IMG/VR virus record: IMGVR_UViG_3300022923_001986
Coordinates: 1 to 31,011 of that record
Direction: 5' to 3' (one strand)
DNA: 31,011 bases
DNA from: a virus
Taxonomy: Duplodnaviria; Caudoviricetes
A program made the translations under genes and the position numbers. This document shows, one piece after another, positions 1-8,595 of this stretch (positions are counted from its first letter, which is position 1; each line of letters begins with the position of its first letter). Below the pieces are notes generated by a model. That model was not told the origin of the DNA. It saw nothing but the letters and a program-made list of their open reading frames with translations, and did no database searches.

Positions 1-552
1 ATCCGAGACTACAAGACTAGTAAGAAAATGTTTGAAGGGAAAGAAAAAGAAGACAACCTCCAAGACTATATGTATTGTTTGGCGGTAAAACATTTATTTC
101 CAGAATATGTCAACAGAACTTCGGAATTCTTATTTTTAAAATTTGATTTAAATAAAAACGGGTTAATGAAGATGGACCCTATCGAGGAAGATGACTTGGA
201 GGGCTTTGAACTTCAACTGGCATCTGTCCAAGATTATTTAGAAAATTTCAACGAAAATGACGCAGTAGCAAACTTTGCAGCAGATAAAGGGTTTCCATCA
301 GACGGCTCTTTCGGCGGTAAACTTCAATGCGGCTTTGCTAAAGAGAAGGGTCAACTCAAAAAAGATGGAACTGTAATGTGGCATTGCCCATATAAGTTTG
401 ATTTCTTTTATGCTGAAATAAAAAACAAGGATGGTGAATTTGTTTCGTCCTGCTTTCAAGAAGATTTTAATGCAGAAATGGTTCCAGAAGAAGGTAGCCA
501 TGAAATAAAATATTACGAAGGTTGTCCAAAACACTTGACAAAACGAGGTTAG
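1..552 (+). CDS. PD-(D/E)XK (RecB/Cas4-like) nuclease, 5'-truncated by window edge
   Basis: Frame 1 is open from base 1: IRDYKTSKK...NLQDYMY gives the D-Y-K and QxxxY motifs of RecB-family nucleases. Several C-terminal Cys (LQCG, WHCP, EGCP). Confidence 0.75.
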   Translation: MRDYKTSKKMFEGKEKEDNLQDYMYCLAVKHLFPEYVNRTSEFLFLKFDLNKNGLMKMDPIEEDDLEGFELQLASVQDYLENFNENDAVANFAADKGFPSDGSFGGKLQCGFAKEKGQLKKDGTVMWHCPYKFDFFYAEIKNKDGEFVSSCFQEDFNAEMVPEEGSHEIKYYEGCPKHLTKRG

Positions 553-563
553 TATTGTTTAAT
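535..563 (+). promoter_or_regulatory. sigma70-type promoter, probably leaderless
   Basis: TTGACA(535-540)-17 nt-TTTAAT(558-563), 6 nt before ATG 570. Confidence 0.55.
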
Positions 564-569
564 ACCTGA

Positions 570-1250
570 ATGATTCCTTTATTTAAAACTCACTTCTCAA
601 TCGGTAACAGTATACTCCGACTCGACGACGTAGATAGAATAGCTACAGACAATAATCTCGAAGAGGTTTATTTTGTAGAAGACTCTATGACTGGTTTTCC
701 AGCAGCTTTCAGGCTTTTTGGGGATAGAATGCGCTTCGGTTTGCGTCTACCCATCTTTAACAAAGACGAAAACCCCGAATCAGAAAGCAAAATTATAGCC
801 TTCGCAGATGGGGACGAGGGCTGCAAAGAGTTATATAGTCTATGTACTCAGAGTTCTGGCGAAAAATTAAAGACACCTTGGGAAAGTTTTAAAAACTTAA
901 AGTTCGTTGTCCCCTTTTATGATTCATTTTTACATAAAAACCTTACAACGTTTGCTAATTGTATGCCATCACTGCCAGACGAAATGAGTTTTATTGTCGA
1001 AAACAATAACCTTCCCTTTGATTTCCTACTTAAACAAAAGATTGAGCAGTATATTGCAAACGAACCGAACAAAAAAATGATAAAAGCTAAATCCATATAT
1101 TATGAAAACAAAGAAGATGTTGAGGCATTCCAAACATATAAGTGTATTTGTAATCGCCAGCCTGGGCGACAAGCGAGTATAAGTAATCCTCGTTTAGATC
1201 ATTTCGGGTCTGATAGTTTTTGTGTTGAATCTTGGAAGGAGGAAAAATAA
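570..1250 (+). CDS. Stand-alone PHP-like domain of DNA polymerase III alpha (degenerate metal ligands)
   Basis: N-terminus IPLFKTHFSIGNSILRLDD...VYFVEDSMTGFPAAF resembles the DnaE PHP start (HLHxHSxYSxLDG...A.TD...G). The downstream DnaE lacks this domain. Confidence 0.65.
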   Translation: MIPLFKTHFSIGNSILRLDDVDRIATDNNLEEVYFVEDSMTGFPAAFRLFGDRMRFGLRLPIFNKDENPESESKIIAFADGDEGCKELYSLCTQSSGEKLKTPWESFKNLKFVVPFYDSFLHKNLTTFANCMPSLPDEMSFIVENNNLPFDFLLKQKIEQYIANEPNKKMIKAKSIYYENKEDVEAFQTYKCICNRQPGRQASISNPRLDHFGSDSFCVESWKEEK

Positions 1251-1882
1251 TGGAAGATCTATTAAGATTTAAATTCGATCAAAAATATATTATCTTTGAT
1301 ACCGAGACCGAAGGCTTAAACCTTGTATCATCAAAACCTTGGCAATTAGCTTGGATTGAAGCTAAGGGTAAAAAAATAGTAAAAAAGCAAAACCGCTTTC
1401 TTAAGTGGGATGACTTAAACGTATCGGATGATGCGGCTAGAATTACAGGGTTTAATAAAAAAGAATATTTAAGCAAGGCAGAAGACCCTGAAAAGGTTTA
1501 TAAAGAGTTTATTGACCTAATTATGGATGAGGATGTTATAATCGTTGGCCAAAATTTGTTAGGATATGATATATATATGCTAGGAGTTATCGCCCGAAAT
1601 CTTGGTATTGAGATTGATTACTCTTTCATTAGCCGCATTCTCGACACCAAGGTCATTGCCACAGCTCTCGCTAAGGGCAATAAGACTCCAGACAAGGACG
1701 ATATGTTAACTTGGCAGCTTAGGTATCTAAACTACAGAGAAAGAGGCTTAAAGACTAACCAGAAGTTCTTATTGCAGCATTATGAGATTCCTTTTGATGA
1801 GAATCAGTTGCATGATGCTTTATATGACATCGAAAAGAATTTTGAAATATTCCAAAAACAGCTGTGGGAATTGGACGTATAA
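1250..1882 (+). CDS. DEDDh 3'-5' exonuclease (DnaQ/epsilon-like)
   Basis: ExoI FDTETEG, ExoII GQNLLGYD, ExoIII HDALYD. ATG 1250 overlaps the upstream stop (TAATG). Confidence 0.9.
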   Translation: MEDLLRFKFDQKYIIFDTETEGLNLVSSKPWQLAWIEAKGKKIVKKQNRFLKWDDLNVSDDAARITGFNKKEYLSKAEDPEKVYKEFIDLIMDEDVIIVGQNLLGYDIYMLGVIARNLGIEIDYSFISRILDTKVIATALAKGNKTPDKDDMLTWQLRYLNYRERGLKTNQKFLLQHYEIPFDENQLHDALYDIEKNFEIFQKQLWELDV

Positions 1883-1884
1883 AC

Positions 1885-1890
1885 GTGTAA
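1885..1890 (+). promoter_or_regulatory. GTGTAA motif 8 nt before ATG (putative phage-specific promoter)
   Basis: GTGTAA-CATAGTTT-ATG; the same geometry occurs at four other gene starts. Confidence 0.5.
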
Positions 1891-1898
1891 CATAGTTT

Positions 1899-2537
1899 AT
1901 GGATATGTCCGACACAGTTTTATTCGAAAGCGTAGAAAAATTTATTCAAAACATTGATTGGGGCAAAACAGAAGTCCCCAATGAAGTTATTTGCTTAATA
2001 AAAACAAATAATAGCTTTAGGACTAGGGATCTTGATAGCTCTGCGAGCGATTATATGGTGTCTTTTGAGGGCAGTCTTAAGTCTCAATACTTTGAGGAGT
2101 ATGAGTACGTGTGCGATAACGATAAACCAATGAGGAGCGCCATAAAAACAAAGGGTGAGTACTGGATTGATGAATGCTTTTCTGGTAAAATTAATATTTT
2201 TTCAGACACTTATATAGATTTTTCAAATAAAGATTGGTATGTTCTGTTTGAGCTTTCGTTTATTAATGGATTTTTAATTAAATCTAAATGCGTTAAGTCC
2301 AGCCAATTAGATAACACAAAAAGAAAAGCCGACCCAAACAACGTTAAAGAGGCTTTTATTAATAAATATAAAAACAGAAAATGTTTCTTATGCAATAAAT
2401 TTATTATAATTTATATAAATTATTATGTGCGACCAATAATGTGGTTGGTATCCAAAATACCCAATAAGAATACAAAATTAAAAAAAGTGACAAAAGTGTT
2501 GTTGAATATTTTTGTTCCATTTAATTACCTTTTTTAA
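1899..2537 (+). CDS. Hypothetical protein, with a hydrophobic/basic C-terminus
   Basis: 212-aa ORF filling the gap between the exonuclease and DnaE genes; no motif recognised. Confidence 0.65.
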   Translation: MDMSDTVLFESVEKFIQNIDWGKTEVPNEVICLIKTNNSFRTRDLDSSASDYMVSFEGSLKSQYFEEYEYVCDNDKPMRSAIKTKGEYWIDECFSGKINIFSDTYIDFSNKDWYVLFELSFINGFLIKSKCVKSSQLDNTKRKADPNNVKEAFINKYKNRKCFLCNKFIIIYINYYVRPIMWLVSKIPNKNTKLKKVTKVLLNIFVPFNYLF

Positions 2538-2538
2538 C

Positions 2539-2566
2539 TTGCTATTTGCAAAACTATACCTATAAT
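2539..2566 (+). promoter_or_regulatory. sigma70-type promoter, leaderless
   Basis: TTGCTA-16 nt-TATAAT, 7 nt before ATG 2574. Confidence 0.55.
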
Positions 2567-2573
2567 ACGGTAT

Positions 2574-5144
2574 ATGTTACAATTAAAACCATACAAGCAA
2601 CCTATGCCAGTTGGGGTAAGACTCCCCGAGATTGAAGTAGATGACAAGCACTATAAAGAGTTAGGCATCCCAAAAGGAACATCTAACTTTGACTTGTTGA
2701 GAAAGCTATGCTTGAAAGGCGTAAAAGATAGAGGTATTGACTTATTAGATAATAAGCAAAAATACTATGATCGAGTGAAAATGGAGCTTTCTGTTTTAGA
2801 GGAGCTTGGTTTTGTTGAATATATATTATTGAATTGGGACGTTCTCAATTATTGTCACGAAAATGGAATACCCACGGGTCCAGGACGAGGATCTGCCGCA
2901 GGATCTTTGGTATTATACTTGTTAAGAGTTACAAATGTTGACTCAATCAAATATGATCTTTTCTTTGAAAGATTTGTTTCGAAGAGCCGAGCCAAACAAA
3001 CAATTGTTGATGGTATTACCTATCTTGATGGTTCGCTCCTAGCTGATGTTGATAATGATATTTCTTATGATCGCCGCCAAGAAGTGATTAAATATATTGA
3101 AACAAAACACAAAGGAAGAACTTGTAAAATTTTAACACTAAATACTTTAAGTAGTAAGCTATGCGTTAAAGAGTGCGGTAAAATTGTTGGAGAATTATCT
3201 GAAGATGATGTAAATAGTGTTAGCTCTATTATACCTAAACAGTTTGGCAAGGTAGCTAAACTAGATGTAGCCTACGAAGAGAGTGAAAAGTTTAAAGAAT
3301 TTGCGGATAAAAACGCAAAAGTATACAGAATAGCTAAAAAATTAGAAGGTCTAAATAAAAATACAGGAGTCCACCCATCTGGCATTGCAATCAGCTTTTA
3401 TAATGTTGAAGAAATTATGCCTATGCAGAGAACTGGTGACGGCGATCTTATTTCAGCTTATGATATGAATGATGTTGCAGCTTTGATGGTTAAGTTCGAT
3501 ATTTTGGGCTTGCGCACTCTTTCTGTTGTGCATGAAACGTGCAAACAGCTTGGCATCAAAATGGAAGATATTGATGTAGAGCTTCCAGAGATTTATGAAA
3601 ACTTCAAGAATATTGAAGCCCCTAAAGGGTTATTCCAAATCGAAGCTAATACCAATTTCAAAGTCTGCAAGAAAGTTTCACCAAGAAATTTAGAAGAACT
3701 ATCTGCGGTTGTGGCTATTGCTCGTCCTGGTGCGCTTGATTATTTGGATGTATACAGCGAATACGTTAGCACAGGAGAGTTTCAATCAGTAAACGAATAC
3801 TTTGATGAGATTCTTTCCTATACTGGAGGTATTCCACTATACCAAGAGCAGCTAATGAAGATGGCTGTTAAGGTTGGCTTCACCTTAGATGAGTCTGAGC
3901 AGCTGAGACGAATAGTTGGTAAGAAGAAGGTGGAACAAATGTCTAAATGGAAAGATAAGATTGCGGCCAAGATTCAGGAAAACAATTTAGATGAACAGGT
4001 AGGCGAAGTCTTGTGGAAGGTTGCAGAAGACTCAGCTAATTACTCGTTCAATAAATCCCACTCAATTAGTTATGCTATTTTGGCGGCAATCACAACTCAC
4101 CTTAAATTCAAACACCCACAGGAGTTTTTCTTGAGTTTGTTAAGGATGACAAAACATGAACCAGATTCTCATGCTGAAATTTCATTAATTAATCAAGAGC
4201 TATGTCTTTTTAATATGAAACTCTTGCCACCTGATTTATCTAAATCCGACATCATGTTTGAGATCGAGGGTCGCGACATCAGGTTCGGTGTCAACAGCAT
4301 CAAGGGAGTTTCTGAAAAAACCCTAGAAAGCTTAGTCGAATTTCGTAAGTCTCAAGACACCAGTCAGAATAAGTACGACGTATTCCTCACAGCTAAGCAG
4401 TCTGGTTTAAATATTGGTGTGCTATCTGGATTAGTCCAAGGGGGAATGATGGATTCTTTTTGCGACTCAAAGGCGGCCATCCCAAACCGTTGTCGCTTAG
4501 TGCTAGAAGCTCAGGCGTTTAATATTCTTACGGATAGAGAAAAGCGTAATTTTGTAGAATTAGGAAAGAGGTTTGATTACGATGTATTGAAATCCATCCA
4601 TTCTGTCGTGAAAGACTCCCTAGTAGCCGACGATGGCAAACCGTTAATGAAAGATTCTAGATTTAACACATTTAAAAAGAAATACGACGGATACAAAAAG
4701 ATTTACGAAAAGAATAAAGATCACTTAAAGTTTGCGAATTGGTTTTTTGAACGTAAGTATCTTGGCTATAGCCATTCAACACAGATTAAAGATGTCTTTG
4801 AAAATTCTGGTGATCTATGTGATACTATTCAATTAAAGTCTATCAATAACAACGACAGGGTAAAACTGGTAGGGGTTGTAACCGACTGTATCTCCAGAAC
4901 AAGTGCGGCAGGAAATAAATATATGAGAGTAGAAATACAAGATGACTTTGGTACAATTGATTTTATGCTTATGAATAATAGACGCTCCGCCACGTTAGAT
5001 AATTATTTAAACAATGGAGGCAAAAAACCCAAAGAAGAACAAATTGTGTTTATTTATGGCAGCAAAGGGGAAGATATTATATTCGGTGATAGCATTACCA
5101 TTCTCGATGAAAAAATTTATACAAAACTATCTGAAATCAAATAA
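2574..5144 (+). CDS. dnaE: DNA polymerase III alpha subunit core (family C), lacking the PHP domain
   Basis: GPGRGSAAGSLV, LFFERF, catalytic ADVDND, HPSG, KFDILGL, YQEQLM, YSFNKSH and a C-terminal OB fold (VKLVGVV...GNKYMRVEIQDDFG). Confidence 0.95.
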   Translation: MLQLKPYKQPMPVGVRLPEIEVDDKHYKELGIPKGTSNFDLLRKLCLKGVKDRGIDLLDNKQKYYDRVKMELSVLEELGFVEYILLNWDVLNYCHENGIPTGPGRGSAAGSLVLYLLRVTNVDSIKYDLFFERFVSKSRAKQTIVDGITYLDGSLLADVDNDISYDRRQEVIKYIETKHKGRTCKILTLNTLSSKLCVKECGKIVGELSEDDVNSVSSIIPKQFGKVAKLDVAYEESEKFKEFADKNAKVYRIAKKLEGLNKNTGVHPSGIAISFYNVEEIMPMQRTGDGDLISAYDMNDVAALMVKFDILGLRTLSVVHETCKQLGIKMEDIDVELPEIYENFKNIEAPKGLFQIEANTNFKVCKKVSPRNLEELSAVVAIARPGALDYLDVYSEYVSTGEFQSVNEYFDEILSYTGGIPLYQEQLMKMAVKVGFTLDESEQLRRIVGKKKVEQMSKWKDKIAAKIQENNLDEQVGEVLWKVAEDSANYSFNKSHSISYAILAAITTHLKFKHPQEFFLSLLRMTKHEPDSHAEISLINQELCLFNMKLLPPDLSKSDIMFEIEGRDIRFGVNSIKGVSEKTLESLVEFRKSQDTSQNKYDVFLTAKQSGLNIGVLSGLVQGGMMDSFCDSKAAIPNRCRLVLEAQAFNILTDREKRNFVELGKRFDYDVLKSIHSVVKDSLVADDGKPLMKDSRFNTFKKKYDGYKKIYEKNKDHLKFANWFFERKYLGYSHSTQIKDVFENSGDLCDTIQLKSINNNDRVKLVGVVTDCISRTSAAGNKYMRVEIQDDFGTIDFMLMNNRRSATLDNYLNNGGKKPKEEQIVFIYGSKGEDIIFGDSITILDEKIYTKLSEIK

Positions 5145-6640
5145 TGGATCTATCTAACTTTAACTTCACACCTTCCGCTCAAAAAGCGATCAAAGACTCA
5201 ATATCTGTCGCTGAAGAATTTGGGCATCTAAAAGTTGTTGATTTGCATCTTATGCTATCTATACTTAGGTTAGATCATACCAGTATAGATTTTGCTATAG
5301 TTTCTAACGACCTGATTAAAGATGGTATTATTGAAGGTATAGAATATGCTATAATAAATTACAAAGAACCCAAAAGAAAGAAAAAAATATATGCACCAGA
5401 AATATACGAAATCTTACAAAACTCTAGTTTATTAGCATCTCGTTCTAAGGATGAATTTATTGGGATAGATCATATTTTAATTTCCATTCTCAGCACAAGA
5501 GAAGAAATCGCTGATTTTTTAATTCACTTAAACATAGATTTAACTAAATTAATTAATGACTTAAAAAAAATAATAAAAGATGGCATACCCAAAGAAAAAG
5601 TTCCATTAAGTATTGGTTCAAATGCAACTCAACAAGAAACTACTTCATCTGAAATGGATGGGTGGTGCGAAAATCTAAATGAAAAAATAGCACAAAAAGG
5701 AGAGTTTGAAATTTTTGGAAGAGATGCCGAGATTGAAAGAATTTTTGAAATATTATTACGTAAAAATAAAAGCAATGTTATATTAGTTGGAGAAGCTGGA
5801 GTTGGAAAAACTGCTATTGTCGAAGGCATGGCTGAAAAAATCCTAAAAAGAGAATGCCCAGATCTTTTGTTACATAAAAATATACTTTCGTTAGACTTAA
5901 CCTCTGTAATGTCTGGAACTATTTATAGGGGACAGATGGAAGAAAAACTTAAAAAAATATTAGAACATCTATCCGCAGAAGATCATTATATTTTGTTTAT
6001 CGACGAAATCCATACCATAGTTGGGGCTGGCAGTTCAGAAGGTAGTCTAGATTTTGCCAACATACTTAAACCAGCTTTATCAAGAGGGAATATATCATGT
6101 GTTGGCGCTACAACCAAAGATGAGTATGATCGTTTTTTTAAAAACGACTCTGCGTTGAATCGTAGGTTTGAATTAATCAATGTAAATGAACCCACCAAAG
6201 AAGAAACCTTTGAGCTTTTAAAGGTGGCTAAGAAATCTTATGAAAAATTTCACCAAGTAGAATATAGCGAAGAACTGTTAGCAAAAATTGTAGAGCTATG
6301 TGATATTTATTTAAGTAATAAAAAATTCCCAGATAAAGCTTTTGACATTATAGATGAATCAGGAGCTAAAACAAAAAAAGTAAACATGGTTCGCCCACAA
6401 AAAGCAAAAGACATGGAAGAACAACTCGTAGACTTAGATTTTCAAAAAAACACTGACTATGATAAATTCCACGGGAAGTATGTAAAAATCTTAGAAAAAT
6501 GGGGAGAAAGTTTGAAAAATAAAACTTTTAATGTTGACATGGATACAATATATGATATATTTGCTCATAAGTTAAATACTTCGAAGGAAAACATCAAAGA
6601 AAATAAAAATGTGCCATCTTCTGGCAGAATAGGATTTTAA
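5144..6640 (+). CDS. ClpA/ClpB/ClpC-family ATPase: Clp-N domain plus first AAA+ module only
   Basis: NFTPSAQKAI...HL.L repeats (Clp-N), GRDAEI, Walker A GEAGVGKT, Walker B ILFIDEIH, DSALNRRF, FPDKAFDIIDE. No second AAA+ module; ends in GRIGF. Confidence 0.9.
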   Translation: MDLSNFNFTPSAQKAIKDSISVAEEFGHLKVVDLHLMLSILRLDHTSIDFAIVSNDLIKDGIIEGIEYAIINYKEPKRKKKIYAPEIYEILQNSSLLASRSKDEFIGIDHILISILSTREEIADFLIHLNIDLTKLINDLKKIIKDGIPKEKVPLSIGSNATQQETTSSEMDGWCENLNEKIAQKGEFEIFGRDAEIERIFEILLRKNKSNVILVGEAGVGKTAIVEGMAEKILKRECPDLLLHKNILSLDLTSVMSGTIYRGQMEEKLKKILEHLSAEDHYILFIDEIHTIVGAGSSEGSLDFANILKPALSRGNISCVGATTKDEYDRFFKNDSALNRRFELINVNEPTKEETFELLKVAKKSYEKFHQVEYSEELLAKIVELCDIYLSNKKFPDKAFDIIDESGAKTKKVNMVRPQKAKDMEEQLVDLDFQKNTDYDKFHGKYVKILEKWGESLKNKTFNVDMDTIYDIFAHKLNTSKENIKENKNVPSSGRIGF

Positions 6641-6652
6641 CAAATAAATAAA

Positions 6653-6871
6653 ATGAACAAAATGAATAAGACAAACCGTATTGTAAAAGCAATTAGCGCT
6701 AGTGGTGGCCGTTTTTTCGGCCTCACTACTCAACAAGGCGAAACGCTCAACGCACAATTTGTGCGTGAGACCCCAAAATATGTGGTGGTTCGAGATCGAA
6801 ATGCTAAGGAGATTCGAAAGTTTGCCAAGACGAGCCTTAAAACGCTCTCAATGGGCAAGACTAAGATCTAA
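6653..6871 (+). CDS. Small basic hypothetical protein
   Basis: 72-aa ORF directly followed by a terminator. Confidence 0.7.
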   Translation: MNKMNKTNRIVKAISASGGRFFGLTTQQGETLNAQFVRETPKYVVVRDRNAKEIRKFAKTSLKTLSMGKTKI

Positions 6872-6877
6872 CATCTC

Positions 6878-6902
6878 AGGCGGTAGAAATACCGCCTTTT
6901 TT
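6878..6902 (+). terminator. Rho-independent terminator
   Basis: AGGCGGTA-GAAA-TACCGCCT 8-bp stem with GAAA tetraloop, followed by a T run. Confidence 0.9.
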
Positions 6903-6908
6903 GTGTAA
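6903..6908 (+). promoter_or_regulatory. GTGTAA motif 10 nt before ATG 6919
   Basis: Lies immediately after the terminator, where a new promoter is needed. Confidence 0.5.
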
Positions 6909-6918
6909 TATAATGTAT

Positions 6919-8085
6919 ATGGCACAGGAAAAAGAAATTCAGTTAAATAACTACATAATGGTTGATTCCAACCCAACTGGAAGAGATGAGGAAATTTCTG
7001 AATTTGAAAAAGATTTCATAATTAAATATCTCAAAGAGGTTTTCCCAGAGATATCTAAAGATGTAATTGATATTGAGTTAATCAATTCTACCTTTTTTTA
7101 CGAAAGCTATTCTTTTATTTTCGAAAAGAAAAAGTTTCTATTTAAGGTCAGTTTGGATGCCCTTAATAAAAAACTAGAAACAGAACACGAAGCATTAAAA
7201 AGCATTACTGATATGTTCGCTCCATCAATCGTGTTTTATAAAATAGATGAAGTTAATAACATAAATATGCTTTTGACAACATGGGAAAATGGCAACAGCT
7301 TTCTTGATTATGGGGTCGGTGATCTTGTATATAATATGGGGACATTTTCAGCAGTTCTAGACGCTGTTCATGAATCAAACAACACAAAGATGCAAAGTTT
7401 TAAAGATAGGTTTTCACAAAACGAATCCATATTATCAGCAATCCAAAATGAAGACCCCAAAGAATTAAAAATATTTGCGAAATTGATAGATTTAAATCTT
7501 TCAGGCATTTCTGATGTTTTTGCAAAGATCAAAGAAGAATTTTTAACTGAGTACGAAGAAGATGTATCTGTGTTGTGTCATTCTAATTTAAAAAAATCTA
7601 ATATTTTATACAAAAATGGTTTCATAAAATTCATTAATTTTGAAAACTCTCACACTTCTGATATTTATTATAGCCTTTTAAAAGTTGTAAATAATTTAGA
7701 ATTATACATGGACTCCAAAGACACGCTGCTATTTTTAACCAAATACCATGAGTTTTCTAGAATATTAGGGGATTTAACATTAGAAGATTTTATATCTAAG
7801 TACGAAGAAAAAAAAGAAACAAACCGAATGTTAATATTTCAAGACTTATTGCACAAAACAGTATTTCATTTTTTTACTTACGGTGCTTTTTATAGATGTG
7901 AAAATTTATGTCATTACATGGGTGTATATCTGAATATTAGACCCACGTTAGAAAAATTCTTGCCAGAGTATATAAAATCTTTTGATAAATTATTTTTCAC
8001 GCCAATGCCAACAGTTAAAACTTATGATGAGGAAGAGTTAAAAATTCTAGCATCAATGGCTGAAGAGATTGAAGAAGCAGAATAA
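6919..8085 (+). CDS. APH/choline-kinase-fold protein, probably a pseudokinase
   Basis: FLFKV...EHEALK and VLCHSNLKKSNIL...FINFENS align with Brenner HGDL..NI and IDFE motifs, but with D-to-N at both positions. Confidence 0.7.
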   Translation: MAQEKEIQLNNYIMVDSNPTGRDEEISEFEKDFIIKYLKEVFPEISKDVIDIELINSTFFYESYSFIFEKKKFLFKVSLDALNKKLETEHEALKSITDMFAPSIVFYKIDEVNNINMLLTTWENGNSFLDYGVGDLVYNMGTFSAVLDAVHESNNTKMQSFKDRFSQNESILSAIQNEDPKELKIFAKLIDLNLSGISDVFAKIKEEFLTEYEEDVSVLCHSNLKKSNILYKNGFIKFINFENSHTSDIYYSLLKVVNNLELYMDSKDTLLFLTKYHEFSRILGDLTLEDFISKYEEKKETNRMLIFQDLLHKTVFHFFTYGAFYRCENLCHYMGVYLNIRPTLEKFLPEYIKSFDKLFFTPMPTVKTYDEEELKILASMAEEIEEAE

Positions 8086-8098
8086 TTTAAAATTTATA

Positions 8099-8126
8099 TT
8101 GAATATAAAAGTTTTTCATTTAGAAT
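8099..8126 (+). promoter_or_regulatory. sigma70-type promoter, leaderless
   Basis: TTGAAT-16 nt-TAGAAT, 7 nt before ATG 8134. Confidence 0.5.
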
Positions 8127-8133
8127 CACCTAA

Positions 8134-8595
8134 ATGAAACAACACGATATTTACAAACCAAACTCCTTCAATACGGGGTGCGCTTTTTCCTTCAAAATTG
8201 TAGAGCAAGACAAAGAAGGTAATAAAACAAAACCTACCATACTTGTCCAATCAATCAAACAAGCTTCATGGAATGAAAAAACTAGGAATGGATCTTTTAG
8301 TGCCAATGCGAAAGACCCAGAAAAAAATATTTATTTTAAACTGAACGAAAATGAGGTAGGCGGAATGCTCCACGCCATCGAAAACTATACAGAGTTTTCT
8401 GCGTTTCACAGCTATAACGACGATAAAACAACAATTTCGTTCAAACCTTATGTTAAAAAGAATGGCCAAAAAGCTTTCTCTTTCAGTGTAGTTAAAAACT
8501 CCACAATGAAGTTCGGCATGGGTATAGAGCTTGGCGAAGCTAGAACCATTAAAGGTTTGTTTGATTTGTTTCTTTTTAAATTTTTCAATTATTAA
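8134..8595 (+). CDS. Putative Whirly/PC4-fold single-stranded nucleic acid binding protein
   Basis: Ordered motif similarity by eye to plant Whirly: DIYK, KLNENEVGGML, FSAFH, ISFKP, FSFSVV, IELGEARTIKGLF. Confidence 0.5.
   Translation: MKQHDIYKPNSFNTGCAFSFKIVEQDKEGNKTKPTILVQSIKQASWNEKTRNGSFSANAKDPEKNIYFKLNENEVGGMLHAIENYTEFSAFHSYNDDKTTISFKPYVKKNGQKAFSFSVVKNSTMKFGMGIELGEARTIKGLFDLFLFKFFNY

Noticed and set aside
1-552. cas4 as part of a CRISPR-Cas locus
   Set aside because: No array or other cas genes. Solo PD-(D/E)XK nucleases are common in phage replication modules.
2574-5144. Intein or intron in dnaE, or split-intein joining of the polymerase pieces
   Set aside because: Motifs are colinear with no insertion, and no intein terminal motifs (N-terminal C..., C-terminal HN) are seen on any piece.
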